Below are positions 18,581 to 27,220 of a stretch of DNA of 37,579 bases, one piece after another. The DNA is taken from positions 1 through 37,579 of the IMG/VR virus record IMGVR_UViG_3300025637_000029. One strand, 5' to 3'. This stretch comes from a virus. Taxonomy: Duplodnaviria > Caudoviricetes. Position 1 is the stretch's first letter; each line of letters starts with the position of its first letter. A program made the translations under genes and the position numbers. The notes below the pieces were generated by a model that was not told the DNA's origin, did no database searches, and worked only from the letters and a program-made list of their open reading frames with translations.

Positions 18581-19278
18581 ATAAAGAAGATAAAATTAAT
18601 AAAGAAAAGGATTTTTTCGGGGATTCTTCGAAATTATATGATGATGACTATTTGGTGAATCGTGATGGTGAGTTTGAAATTGATCCATTAACTAATAAAC
18701 CTAGTTTATGCGCAGCATCTTTTGTAGATACTCATGGTGATAGAATTTTTGGAGCATTACTTGATGCTGCTAGAGAAAAATCTGATAATCTAGAAGAAAT
18801 TGCTCGCGAATATGAAAAACTAGTATCCGAACAGATTGAACACAATACTGATTTGAGAGATAGTTGTGATAGTGGTGGTGATTTAGTTGGTCTTAAAGAA
18901 GAATCGTTGGATACCGATGGTCAAAAACATGCTTCTGAAGCATTTACAACCCAAGAACGACATCTTCAACAGATTATGGAACAGGAGAGGGAAGATTATA
19001 AAGATAGCTTTGAAAAATTATCCGAAAAGATCGATGCTCAGGAAAAATTATTAAATGAAGTAACTGATAAATTTAATAATCACGACACTAATGATAAAGA
19101 TGGTAAAATTAAGTTGTATAAAGAAGTCCACGAAGCTATGGGTGAGCTTATAAGAATCTCATATAATTACGGTCGTTCTATTGAAAACAATGATACAGGT
19201 AGTACTATTGGGTCATTATCTTCATATGATACTCAATATGATGAAGATTGTGTTAAAAAATATATTAAAGAAGTATGA
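18577..19278 (+). CDS. Acidic coiled-coil hypothetical protein
   Basis: 233-aa ORF with ATGA overlaps on both sides. Confidence 0.75.
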   Translation: MNKEDKINKEKDFFGDSSKLYDDDYLVNRDGEFEIDPLTNKPSLCAASFVDTHGDRIFGALLDAAREKSDNLEEIAREYEKLVSEQIEHNTDLRDSCDSGGDLVGLKEESLDTDGQKHASEAFTTQERHLQQIMEQEREDYKDSFEKLSEKIDAQEKLLNEVTDKFNNHDTNDKDGKIKLYKEVHEAMGELIRISYNYGRSIENNDTGSTIGSLSSYDTQYDEDCVKKYIKEV

Positions 19279-20030
19279 TTAAATCTATTAAATTTGCAGA
19301 AGGTTTTGTATTAGACCTATATAAAGACGCTCCTAAACAATTCAATTTCACTGAAGGTATGAATATACTTTTCAGTGGTAATGGAGCTGGTAAAAGTGTA
19401 GCTTTAAAATTTTTAAAAGCTTACTGCTCAATTCAAACGGCTGGGTGGACTAATGTGGTCGATCCAAAGGTGTTAGCACCTGATTCGTTTCCTCATGCTT
19501 ATAGGGCGTTTACTCCAAACAAAGATCGAGTTATTGTTGATTGGGATGGTACACCTGCTTTTTATAATTCTGGTGATATTGCAGACTCAAATGCTTGGTT
19601 TTTCCAAAAAGGTGGTCAAAGTGAAGATGGATTGACATCAGAAAAGGAAAGATTTGATACGATGGTTGAAAAACCATCTTCTGGTCAATATCGACTTAAG
19701 AAAATTAATAAAATGCTTAATATTATCGGTAACCCCCCAGAAATTAAACCAAATCCGTTGTATGGTGATGTTTCAGCTCAGCTTGAGTATTTGGATTCGT
19801 TACCTAAAGGGGGTAAACTAACAATTCTACTTGATGAACCTGAGAGGTCGTTGAGTTTACCTAAACAAAAGGTTCTTCTAGATGTTTTGATGGATTTTTC
19901 TAAGAAACATCAAATAATTATGGCATGTCACTCACCTTTTGCTTTAAGTTTACCTAGAGATAAGGTTAATTACGTTGAGATAGAGCCGAATTACATATCG
20001 GAATGTGATAAATTGTTTAATTTCCAATAA
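19275..20030 (+). CDS. Stand-alone ABC-type ATPase
   Basis: Walker A SGNGAGKS, signature SSGQ, Walker B ILLDEPE, H-loop ACHSP. Confidence 0.88.
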   Translation: MIKSIKFAEGFVLDLYKDAPKQFNFTEGMNILFSGNGAGKSVALKFLKAYCSIQTAGWTNVVDPKVLAPDSFPHAYRAFTPNKDRVIVDWDGTPAFYNSGDIADSNAWFFQKGGQSEDGLTSEKERFDTMVEKPSSGQYRLKKINKMLNIIGNPPEIKPNPLYGDVSAQLEYLDSLPKGGKLTILLDEPERSLSLPKQKVLLDVLMDFSKKHQIIMACHSPFALSLPRDKVNYVEIEPNYISECDKLFNFQ

Positions 20031-20054
20031 AACTAATATCAAGGCGTTACATCG

Positions 20055-20103
20055 ACCGAATTTGTAGTAATATTACTACAAATTCGGTTTTTTGTAGTAA
20101 TAT
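20055..20103. repeat. 34-bp perfect palindrome plus a third copy of its core; probable terminator/operator
   Basis: ACCGAATTTGTAGTAAT|ATTACTACAAATTCGGT (20055-20088), T-run, then TTTGTAGTAATAT again at 20091-20103. Confidence 0.9.
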
Positions 20104-20117
20104 GTTTGTATTTATCC

Positions 20118-20146
20118 TCGACAACCCATCTATTATACTATAATAT
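20118..20146 (+). promoter_or_regulatory. sigma70-like promoter upstream of gp41
   Basis: TCGACA-N17-TAATAT (TATAAT also at 20139-20144). Confidence 0.5.
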
Positions 20147-20161
20147 TTGTATATATTAATT

Positions 20162-21508
20162 ATGAAAGTCAACGAACAATTTTTAGAAAAAACTATCCTA
20201 TTTAACGCTCTAAAGAATGAGTATTATTTCGGTAGTATCGTAGATCATCTAGATTTGAAATATTTTTCAGATGATTCTGTAATTGCTGTGCTTAGGAAAG
20301 TTCTTTCGTTTAATAAAGAATATAAAAAGCACCCAAGTTTATCCGAGATTAAGATGGTGCTAACCTCGCCCGAAGATCAGACTCATTTTAAAAAAATCAT
20401 TAAAGATTTAAAACAATATGAGTTAATAAGCGATGTTGATATTTTAATTCAACAAACTGAGCAGTTTTTGAAAGAAAAAGCTATCATATCGACTATGTTT
20501 GAGGTATCTGATGAGTTTAAAGATTTAGAACATAGTGAAATCGCTAAGAGGTTTCAAGATGCCTGTAGTCTTTCGATTATTTCTGACATCGGTTTAGTTT
20601 ATTTCGATGATATCGATAAGCATATTGATTGGTTGAAGCAACCTCAGAACAAAATATCTACTGGGTTCGATTTTTATGATAAGAAGATGAAGGGTGGGTT
20701 TAATAAACATGGTAGAGCTATTTATCTATGGATAGGTGGTACTAATTCATGCAAATCTATGATGATAGGTAACTTAGCTGCTAATTGTGTTCGTCAAAAT
20801 CTATGTGTACCTATCATTTCACTCGAAATGGATGAGCAATTGTATTCTCAGAGGTTATCGTGTAACTTTTCTGAGATACAATTTGATGAATTGAAGAACG
20901 AGGAAGATAAATTTAGAGCAAAGATATCTCAATTAAAGAAACAAAACCCAGACGCTGATCTCATTGTTAAGGAATTCCCTCCAGGTCGGTTAACTGTAAA
21001 TGATCTCGATGCGTATTTATCTAAGTTGAAGAAAAAGGGCAAAAATTTTGATATTGTTTATCTTGATTATATTACATTGATGAAAGCTGTTGGGGTTAGT
21101 AATTTATATGAAGCTGGTAAAAGATTAGCTGAAGATATTAGAGCACTATCGTATAAGTACGAGGTATCTTTTGTATCAGTTCTACAGGCTAATCGAAGCG
21201 GTGTATCTGGGCAAGAGCCTAAACTAGATAACACGTCCGAGTCTATGGGTATAGCTCATACCGCTGATTTTATGGCTAGCATTTGGCGAGAAGAGGATGA
21301 TTTTGAAACTAATACGTTAAGAACTGGTATTCTTAAGAATCGTGTTGGGGAGAATTTTGGTACACAGATGCTTGAATTAGATAACCACCTACGTATACGT
21401 GAGGTAGATTCTATCTTTGAGGAAGATTCATCTAATATGAATAATTCTATTAAAGAACAGATTAAGGATTTTTCAATTCTAGACGATATATTTGAAAACG
21501 ATGCGTAA
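20162..21508 (+). CDS. gp41: Replicative DnaB-like helicase gp41
   Basis: ISTGF, Walker A GGTNSCKS, ISLEM, KEFPPG, YLDYI, QANRSG, SESMG...TADF, KNRVG. Confidence 0.93.
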   Translation: MKVNEQFLEKTILFNALKNEYYFGSIVDHLDLKYFSDDSVIAVLRKVLSFNKEYKKHPSLSEIKMVLTSPEDQTHFKKIIKDLKQYELISDVDILIQQTEQFLKEKAIISTMFEVSDEFKDLEHSEIAKRFQDACSLSIISDIGLVYFDDIDKHIDWLKQPQNKISTGFDFYDKKMKGGFNKHGRAIYLWIGGTNSCKSMMIGNLAANCVRQNLCVPIISLEMDEQLYSQRLSCNFSEIQFDELKNEEDKFRAKISQLKKQNPDADLIVKEFPPGRLTVNDLDAYLSKLKKKGKNFDIVYLDYITLMKAVGVSNLYEAGKRLAEDIRALSYKYEVSFVSVLQANRSGVSGQEPKLDNTSESMGIAHTADFMASIWREEDDFETNTLRTGILKNRVGENFGTQMLELDNHLRIREVDSIFEEDSSNMNNSIKEQIKDFSILDDIFENDA

Positions 21509-22316
21509 TAAAAGAATATTTTTTGTTGTTAATCAGAAGTTAACGTATGTTTCAACTCAGTTATTGTTAGAGTGGTCAGGTGTTGAACCAACTGATACGT
21601 TATATTGTTCGTACTATAATGTTGAAAACAAAGTAGATGAATTTTTAATGGAATATGTTGATTTTGGTGACTTAATATTTTTAATAGGTTTCTCTAAAGA
21701 TATTTCAGATGAAATCAGTGGTATTTATGATAAATATTGCTTTAAAATATTAGAATCAGATATCGCCACTTCTGATAACATCTATTTCCATGTTCTGAAG
21801 ACTGTTGCTCCTAAACTTAGTGTAAGTTTATCTAAAAAAAGGATGTATTATATTAAATGTATGAAGGGTTTATTGAATAGTGAGTTTGATAACAGGGATT
21901 CATATATTATGAGTATAATTTTTTATAAAATTAGTCCTGAATTATTTCATAGTCATTACTTTGGTGGTTTTAACACTTCGAGTAAGTTCAATAAATTTGT
22001 TATTAAACACTTGAACTTATTTAACAAACAGGATCAATCGTTGTATGAGTATGATGGGTATTATTTTGTTCTATCGACTATTAAATATTTTGGTGACTAT
22101 ATGTACAAATATGGTAAAGAATATGACAATTTGAGTGTAATTGATATAGGTGGTGGTAAGGTTTATATGAAGAATTTGAAAAAAAATGGAAAAGACATAA
22201 ATAATTTGTGTAACTCTTATTGTTCGAATATTAGAGGTTTTTCTGACTTTTGTTCTGGGGATATAACTGAGGATTTTCTCAAATTAACTAAAAAAATGAA
22301 AAGTATTGATGAGTAA
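21501..22316 (+). CDS. Hypothetical protein, possibly degenerate DHH/DHHA1 phosphoesterase
   Basis: Overlaps the gp41 stop; C-terminus resembles a DHHA1 tail but lacks DHH and GGGH motifs. Confidence 0.4.
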   Translation: MRNKRIFFVVNQKLTYVSTQLLLEWSGVEPTDTLYCSYYNVENKVDEFLMEYVDFGDLIFLIGFSKDISDEISGIYDKYCFKILESDIATSDNIYFHVLKTVAPKLSVSLSKKRMYYIKCMKGLLNSEFDNRDSYIMSIIFYKISPELFHSHYFGGFNTSSKFNKFVIKHLNLFNKQDQSLYEYDGYYFVLSTIKYFGDYMYKYGKEYDNLSVIDIGGGKVYMKNLKKNGKDINNLCNSYCSNIRGFSDFCSGDITEDFLKLTKKMKSIDE

Positions 22317-22599
22317 TGTAAAATATATTGAAGATTCTCCGATTTGCCAGTTAGAACGTGATGAGTATTATGGTTTAGTTTTAAACTTTTGTAGCTACGT
22401 ATGTATGGTTAAAAATAAAAAAATGAATTTCCCTTCGATTTTTGTTGAAATTATCAAAAACCAAGATATGTTGGATTTATATTGTAATTTTTGTGGATTC
22501 TCTGATGAGCGTAAAGCTATGTTAGAATTTATGCAAATTGATGATAGTATTATTAGGAGTAAGTTTTTAAAAAAATATATAAACCAAAGAAATGCATAA
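22309..22599 (+). CDS. Hypothetical protein (gp33 late co-activator candidate by synteny only)
   Basis: About 96 aa, two genes upstream of gp32 as in the T4 order 33-59-32. Confidence 0.35.
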   Translation: MSNVKYIEDSPICQLERDEYYGLVLNFCSYVCMVKNKKMNFPSIFVEIIKNQDMLDLYCNFCGFSDERKAMLEFMQIDDSIIRSKFLKKYINQRNA

Positions 22600-23254
22600 T
22601 TGCGAAGAAGTTATAAGTGATTTTCACAAAAAGATATACAATACTTACTTAAGGGTTTGTGCTGAGAGTAGAAATAGACCGTATCGTAACCGAAAAGATT
22701 TTAAAAAATTTGAACACACTAAAGATGTCCTAAAGATAGGTGAACTATTTAAAAAATATCCACACATTGATATTGACAAATATTTTGAAGCACCATATAA
22801 AATATGGGAGACAAAAGAATCGTACACTATTGACTTTTATTCTAAACGAAAAGCGTTAAATTGTTATATACATTACAAAAAAAAGTTAGTAGCCTTACAC
22901 CCAGACGATTCTTATAATTTAAATAAATTAATATCTGGGTTCTACTTCATAAAAGAATTTTGCTTAAAAAATAAATTGTCATTAGATGAATACATTGACC
23001 ATACTGATGGTATATATTCATTTTTGACACACTTGAAAGAAGATAGGGTTAGTATATACAATTTATTTAGTTTTAATAATTTTAAATCAAAATTTAGAGA
23101 TGATGTTGATACTGAATTAAAACATACATTATTTTCTGATCTATATATAGATTACGATATGATGCATAGGAGATTCGTAACTTCAAAAAAATGTCATCTT
23201 TTATCAAAAAAATGCTTGAAAAAGCTAAAACAATCTGTTAATATAAAAATCTAG
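22592..23254 (+). CDS. Basic helical protein, gp59 helicase-loader candidate
   Basis: 220 aa, Lys/Tyr/Phe-rich, immediately upstream of gp32 like T4 gp59. Confidence 0.45.
   Translation: MHNCEEVISDFHKKIYNTYLRVCAESRNRPYRNRKDFKKFEHTKDVLKIGELFKKYPHIDIDKYFEAPYKIWETKESYTIDFYSKRKALNCYIHYKKKLVALHPDDSYNLNKLISGFYFIKEFCLKNKLSLDEYIDHTDGIYSFLTHLKEDRVSIYNLFSFNNFKSKFRDDVDTELKHTLFSDLYIDYDMMHRRFVTSKKCHLLSKKCLKKLKQSVNIKI
23216..23244 (+). promoter_or_regulatory. sigma70-like promoter for gp32
   Basis: TTGAAA-N17-TAATAT with extended -10 TG. Confidence 0.65.
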
Positions 23255-23320
23255 CTTATGAGTCAGACATTAGAATACCTAAAAAAACTAAAAGAGGTTT
23301 AACTAAAAAGAAACACTCGA

Positions 23321-23460
23321 TGAACATTTACGTTCAGGCAAGGTCACCCGCGTCTCAGGGGTTTATCTGAGGTACAAATTTTAGCAATGCGGTTCAAAAG
23401 TAACCATTAAGAGCAATAAAGTAATAATAATAATAACAAATAACTAAGAGAAAAAATAAT
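23321..23460 (+). promoter_or_regulatory. Structured 5' leader of gp32 mRNA (candidate autogenous translational operator)
   Basis: Stems TGAAC/GTTCA, CCGCGT/ATGCGG and CTCAG/CTGAG followed by an unstructured A-rich (AAT)n tract up to the ATG. Confidence 0.6.
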
Positions 23461-24399
23461 ATGTCAAACCAAACACTAAATGTACAAAATATGTTTCAGA
23501 AGATTTCAAGCTCTTTTGAAAAAGCAAGTAAACGTGGCGGGGGTGGTGTCTACAAAGATATCATGCGATTTGAAAAGGGTAAGGACTACGTTGTTCGACT
23601 ACTACCTTATCGTGATGATCTAGATTCCACAATCTATCATCTTCAATATCGAGGGTGGAAATCGAAATCTACGGCTAAATATGTAGAATTCGTTGACCCA
23701 CCTAGTGGTGAAGTGAACCCTATCCAAATCTACAGTTCTAAGCTTACTGATAAGCTTCGTCCACTTCGTTTGGATAAAGATGATCAGCGTATGAAACGCG
23801 CTCGTGAACTGTGGTCTAAAGATGCTTGGCTACTTAATTGTTACGTTGTATCTGATCCATCTAACCCTGATAATGAGGGTCAAGTTAAGATCCTTCGTCT
23901 AGGTAAGAAGTTGTATGATATCGTACATGAGCACGTTGAAGGTGAGCGAAAAGAAGAATACGGTTATAAATGCTTTGACCCATCGTCGAGTGGGTGTAGC
24001 TTTAAGATTCGTGTAGTAGATAATGGGGCTGGTTATGCTAATTATGATAAATCTTATTTTATGCAACCATCCGAAATTGAAGGATTGTCCGACAATGAAT
24101 CTAAGGTTGATGAAGTATTTAGCTCATGTTTTGAACTAAAGACCCTGTTTCCTATTAAAACTCAGGATGAGCTTGAAGAATCTATCGAAATTCATTTTGA
24201 GGGTTCTGAAGAAGATTCTGCTCCAGCTTCATTTGGCGATATCGATGATATCTTAGATGATAAAGGTTCTAAAAATGTCGTTAGTGATGTCGTCGTTGAT
24301 GCCGCTGATGATGTTGAAGTAGCTAAACCCCAACCTGTATCTGAACCTGTTACTAAGACTGAGGATGATGAAATGGATGCACTTCTAGCTGACCTATAA
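23461..24399 (+). CDS. gp32: Single-stranded DNA-binding protein gp32
   Basis: YVVRLLP, NCYVVSDPSNPDNEGQVKILRLGKKL, FDP...GCSFKI, YANYDKSYF, acidic tail EDDEMDALLADL. Confidence 0.92.
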   Translation: MSNQTLNVQNMFQKISSSFEKASKRGGGGVYKDIMRFEKGKDYVVRLLPYRDDLDSTIYHLQYRGWKSKSTAKYVEFVDPPSGEVNPIQIYSSKLTDKLRPLRLDKDDQRMKRARELWSKDAWLLNCYVVSDPSNPDNEGQVKILRLGKKLYDIVHEHVEGERKEEYGYKCFDPSSSGCSFKIRVVDNGAGYANYDKSYFMQPSEIEGLSDNESKVDEVFSSCFELKTLFPIKTQDELEESIEIHFEGSEEDSAPASFGDIDDILDDKGSKNVVSDVVVDAADDVEVAKPQPVSEPVTKTEDDEMDALLADL

Positions 24400-24401
24400 T
24401 T

Positions 24402-24905
24402 ATGGATAATATCGAGCGACAGTTTATCCAAGGTATTACTAATCAATCAGCTAATGTGTCTAAAACTATGGCTGGTGGAAATGCTTCGAAATACACTGGA
24501 TTACAAAATAAAAGAACTGAGCAGATACTTCGTAATGTAACTAATAATTCTAACAGCGGTGCTATGGGTCCAACCCCCGTAGCACCTGACGGTGATTATC
24601 AAAATATTAAGTTAGATACGATTGATATAACTCAAGATATGATCGAAGAAATTCGTGAATTAGAGGGTGATGTTTTATTACCTGAGAATGTTGGTCGAAG
24701 TAATGTTATGGGTAACCCTTCGGTAATTCAAAAAGAATCTCCGATTAAGGACGTTAAGGACGATAAACAAATGGAACTTGATTTTGGTAAAATCTCAGCT
24801 GATCATGTATATGAACAGTATGAGGTTGTTATTAATAGGTTAAACAAGCTTGACAACGAGTTAAAACTTATTAAAACTTTGATCGAATCTCAAAATAATG
24901 ACTAA
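24402..24905 (+). CDS. Hypothetical protein with C-terminal coiled coil
   Basis: 167-aa ORF between gp32 and the clamp; contains QMELDF. Confidence 0.75.
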   Translation: MDNIERQFIQGITNQSANVSKTMAGGNASKYTGLQNKRTEQILRNVTNNSNSGAMGPTPVAPDGDYQNIKLDTIDITQDMIEEIRELEGDVLLPENVGRSNVMGNPSVIQKESPIKDVKDDKQMELDFGKISADHVYEQYEVVINRLNKLDNELKLIKTLIESQNND

Positions 24906-25644
24906 AACTAACTATATCAAATTATCTAGACCTTTCATTGAAAATTTTCTATCTCCATTATCAAATGTTGTAGATAAGGCTCCGTTTTTAATAAAAGATT
25001 CAAAAATATCAACTTGTTGTAAAAATTCTAGCGGTGAGATATCCGTTAATTTTTCAATGAGTATTGATACTGACATTGATGATGTTACAATTAATGTGCC
25101 CGATATGGTTAAATTTAAAAATTTATTAGATAGGGGTACCGTTCTGGATGATAGTGATGAGTTAGTTGTTCATAAAAATAAGTTATCATATAAATCAGCT
25201 AAGTGGAGATTTAATTATCACTTACTTGATAGTGGTTTAATGAAGTACATGAACCTAAAGTCTGATGTAATCGATAACTTTGATTCTTCTCTTACTTTTA
25301 ATTTACGACCTGAAGTATTATCTGATATCGTTAAGTTAAAGACTTTTCATAAAAATAAAGTTGAAAAAGTTTATATAAAGTTGGTTGACGGTGCGATTTA
25401 CGCGTGCCTGACTGATGAGACTATTATGAATACGGATGAACTTTCTGTGTTGGTTACAGATAACTATGATTTATGTAATAAAGATAATATATCTAATATG
25501 ATTATCAAATATGATGTCATTAAAATATTATCACAACATAGAGGAGTTCCTTTTAAAATTAAGTGTTCCGAAACTGCGTTTCTGATTCAGACCATTTGGA
25601 ATGATGTAACTATAACTTATATTACAGCTAAGCTTAGAAAATGA
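24898..25644 (+). CDS. gp45: Sliding clamp, gp45/PCNA-like
   Basis: 248 aa, two alpha/beta domains, INVPDMVKFKNLL, LSYKS..WRFNYHLLD, C-terminal ITYIT; replisome context. Confidence 0.7.
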   Translation: MTKTNYIKLSRPFIENFLSPLSNVVDKAPFLIKDSKISTCCKNSSGEISVNFSMSIDTDIDDVTINVPDMVKFKNLLDRGTVLDDSDELVVHKNKLSYKSAKWRFNYHLLDSGLMKYMNLKSDVIDNFDSSLTFNLRPEVLSDIVKLKTFHKNKVEKVYIKLVDGAIYACLTDETIMNTDELSVLVTDNYDLCNKDNISNMIIKYDVIKILSQHRGVPFKIKCSETAFLIQTIWNDVTITYITAKLRK

Positions 25645-25964
25645 ATAAAAATAATATTAAAACTTTAGGTTATTTTGTAAAAAGACTAAAAGATTCTGGT
25701 TATGAAACTTGGAAAATTTTAGATACGTATACTGAAGCTGATCCTAGAAAATATACGATTTGTATTGATCCATTTTGCGCAGCGGTTTTCTGTACATGTT
25801 ACGAGAATCTTGAGGAAGTTGGTGACGTTTGGTTTGAATTCCATGATGGTGGTAGATATATCCCATTTAGATTTCGTATTAAGACTGACTCATTTGAAGT
25901 TATTGTAAAATATTTGAATGGCTGGGGTATTGTTAAAAAGTATGAATCTAAAAAAGATAAATAA
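25641..25964 (+). CDS. Hypothetical protein
   Basis: 107-aa ORF, ATGA-coupled to the clamp gene. Confidence 0.8.
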   Translation: MNKNNIKTLGYFVKRLKDSGYETWKILDTYTEADPRKYTICIDPFCAAVFCTCYENLEEVGDVWFEFHDGGRYIPFRFRIKTDSFEVIVKYLNGWGIVKKYESKKDK

Positions 25965-25969
25965 TTAAA

Positions 25970-26266
25970 ATGGGAAAAGAACAATACAACGGTGATGAAA
26001 AAAATATAGAGGATCTTCTTAAAAAATTATCAGATTTTGAATATATTGAAGATAAGGTAGCTAAAGACCCTATACATGTTTCAACTATAGCTACAACTAT
26101 TGAACAATATTTAACACCATTTATAACTTTTGGGTATGATTTAAATGGGGATGCTGTAGTTATATCTAATGTTAAAACGCAGCGAGATATGGATAGTGTT
26201 ATGACTGCTATCACTAGGTATTTAACTTATCCTGTAGATACTGATATAGATACCGATCAGTTATAA
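25970..26266 (+). CDS. Hypothetical protein (late-like box upstream)
   Basis: GATAAATA-ATTAAA-ATG; 98 aa. Confidence 0.75.
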   Translation: MGKEQYNGDEKNIEDLLKKLSDFEYIEDKVAKDPIHVSTIATTIEQYLTPFITFGYDLNGDAVVISNVKTQRDMDSVMTAITRYLTYPVDTDIDTDQL

Positions 26267-26281
26267 ATCTGAATTATTTTA

Positions 26282-26310
26282 TTGACATATACGCATAAAA
26301 CGTTTAATAT
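26282..26310 (+). promoter_or_regulatory. sigma70-like promoter for the sugar-nucleotide operon
   Basis: TTGACA-N17-TAATAT, 6 nt before ATG 26317. Confidence 0.8.
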
Positions 26311-26316
26311 GTGTAT

Positions 26317-27219
26317 ATGTCAAATATTATAATTTTAGGTAAAGGGTACGTATCGTCAAAAATTAAGAAGTATTGGAGTGATGATAAATATAACTTAATA
26401 TTCTGTTCTCAATCTGATGATAAATATTTAACACACTTGGGTGAATTGATTGAGAGATATACCCCAACGTATGTTGTAAATTGTTATGGGTTTACAGGTA
26501 AACCCAATGTAGATTCTTGTGAAAATCATGTTGATGAATGTTACACCCGTAATGTAACGGATGCTGAATCAATTATGGAAACATGTGAAGAGTATGGTGT
26601 CAACTTTATAACTATCTCAACTGGTTGCGTGTATAATGATGAATCTGGTAGGTCATTTTCGGAAGATGATGTCCACAATTTCGGAAGAGATAATCCAACA
26701 TCATCAGTATACAGTAGTTCCAAATCATGGTTTGAGAAATATTTCAGAGAATTTGTTGAACAGGGTTGTGTTAAAAATAAAAACCACTTGTTAAGGATTA
26801 GAATGCCTTTCGATGGTGAGATGGATGATAAAAACTACATCAATAAGATCATCAAGTATGATAAATTGGTTAATTATCCTAATTCTATTACATACATACC
26901 TGATCTGGTTAAATTTATTCAAATCATTGTTTCAAGTGATGTAGATTCTGGTGTATATAATGTTGTTAATGTTAATGGTATTACTGCCAAAACTGTTATT
27001 GAACTTTATAACCAAATTATCGGTGATAAATTTGATAAAAAGGTTATAGATAAGTGGTATACTACTGATGACTTGTTGTCAGAAGGTTTAATGAACTGTA
27101 GACGTAGTAATTGTGTCTTATCTACAGATAAGATTAAGCGATATTATCCAGACTTACTTTCATCATATGCATCTGTTAAGAAAGCTTTGCTTGAACATTT
27201 AACTAGTTTAAATAATTAA
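26317..27219 (+). CDS. SDR NDP-4-keto-6-deoxyglucose reductase, NRS/ER (3,5-epimerase/4-reductase)-type RmlD-like
   Basis: IILG.GYV, GFTGKPNVDSCE, ISTGCVY, YSSSK, LRIRMPF, NYINKIIKY, NSITY, RSNCVL. Confidence 0.8.
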   Translation: MSNIIILGKGYVSSKIKKYWSDDKYNLIFCSQSDDKYLTHLGELIERYTPTYVVNCYGFTGKPNVDSCENHVDECYTRNVTDAESIMETCEEYGVNFITISTGCVYNDESGRSFSEDDVHNFGRDNPTSSVYSSSKSWFEKYFREFVEQGCVKNKNHLLRIRMPFDGEMDDKNYINKIIKYDKLVNYPNSITYIPDLVKFIQIIVSSDVDSGVYNVVNVNGITAKTVIELYNQIIGDKFDKKVIDKWYTTDDLLSEGLMNCRRSNCVLSTDKIKRYYPDLLSSYASVKKALLEHLTSLNN

Positions 27220-27220
27220 T

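Noticed and set aside
13577-21508. Inteins or introns in gp43, UvsX or gp41
   Set aside because: ORFs are continuous, of normal length, with no splice-junction or homing-endonuclease motifs
24850-24878. TTGACA upstream of the clamp gene as a promoter
   Set aside because: No good -10 hexamer at 17-nt spacing, and it lies within coding sequence
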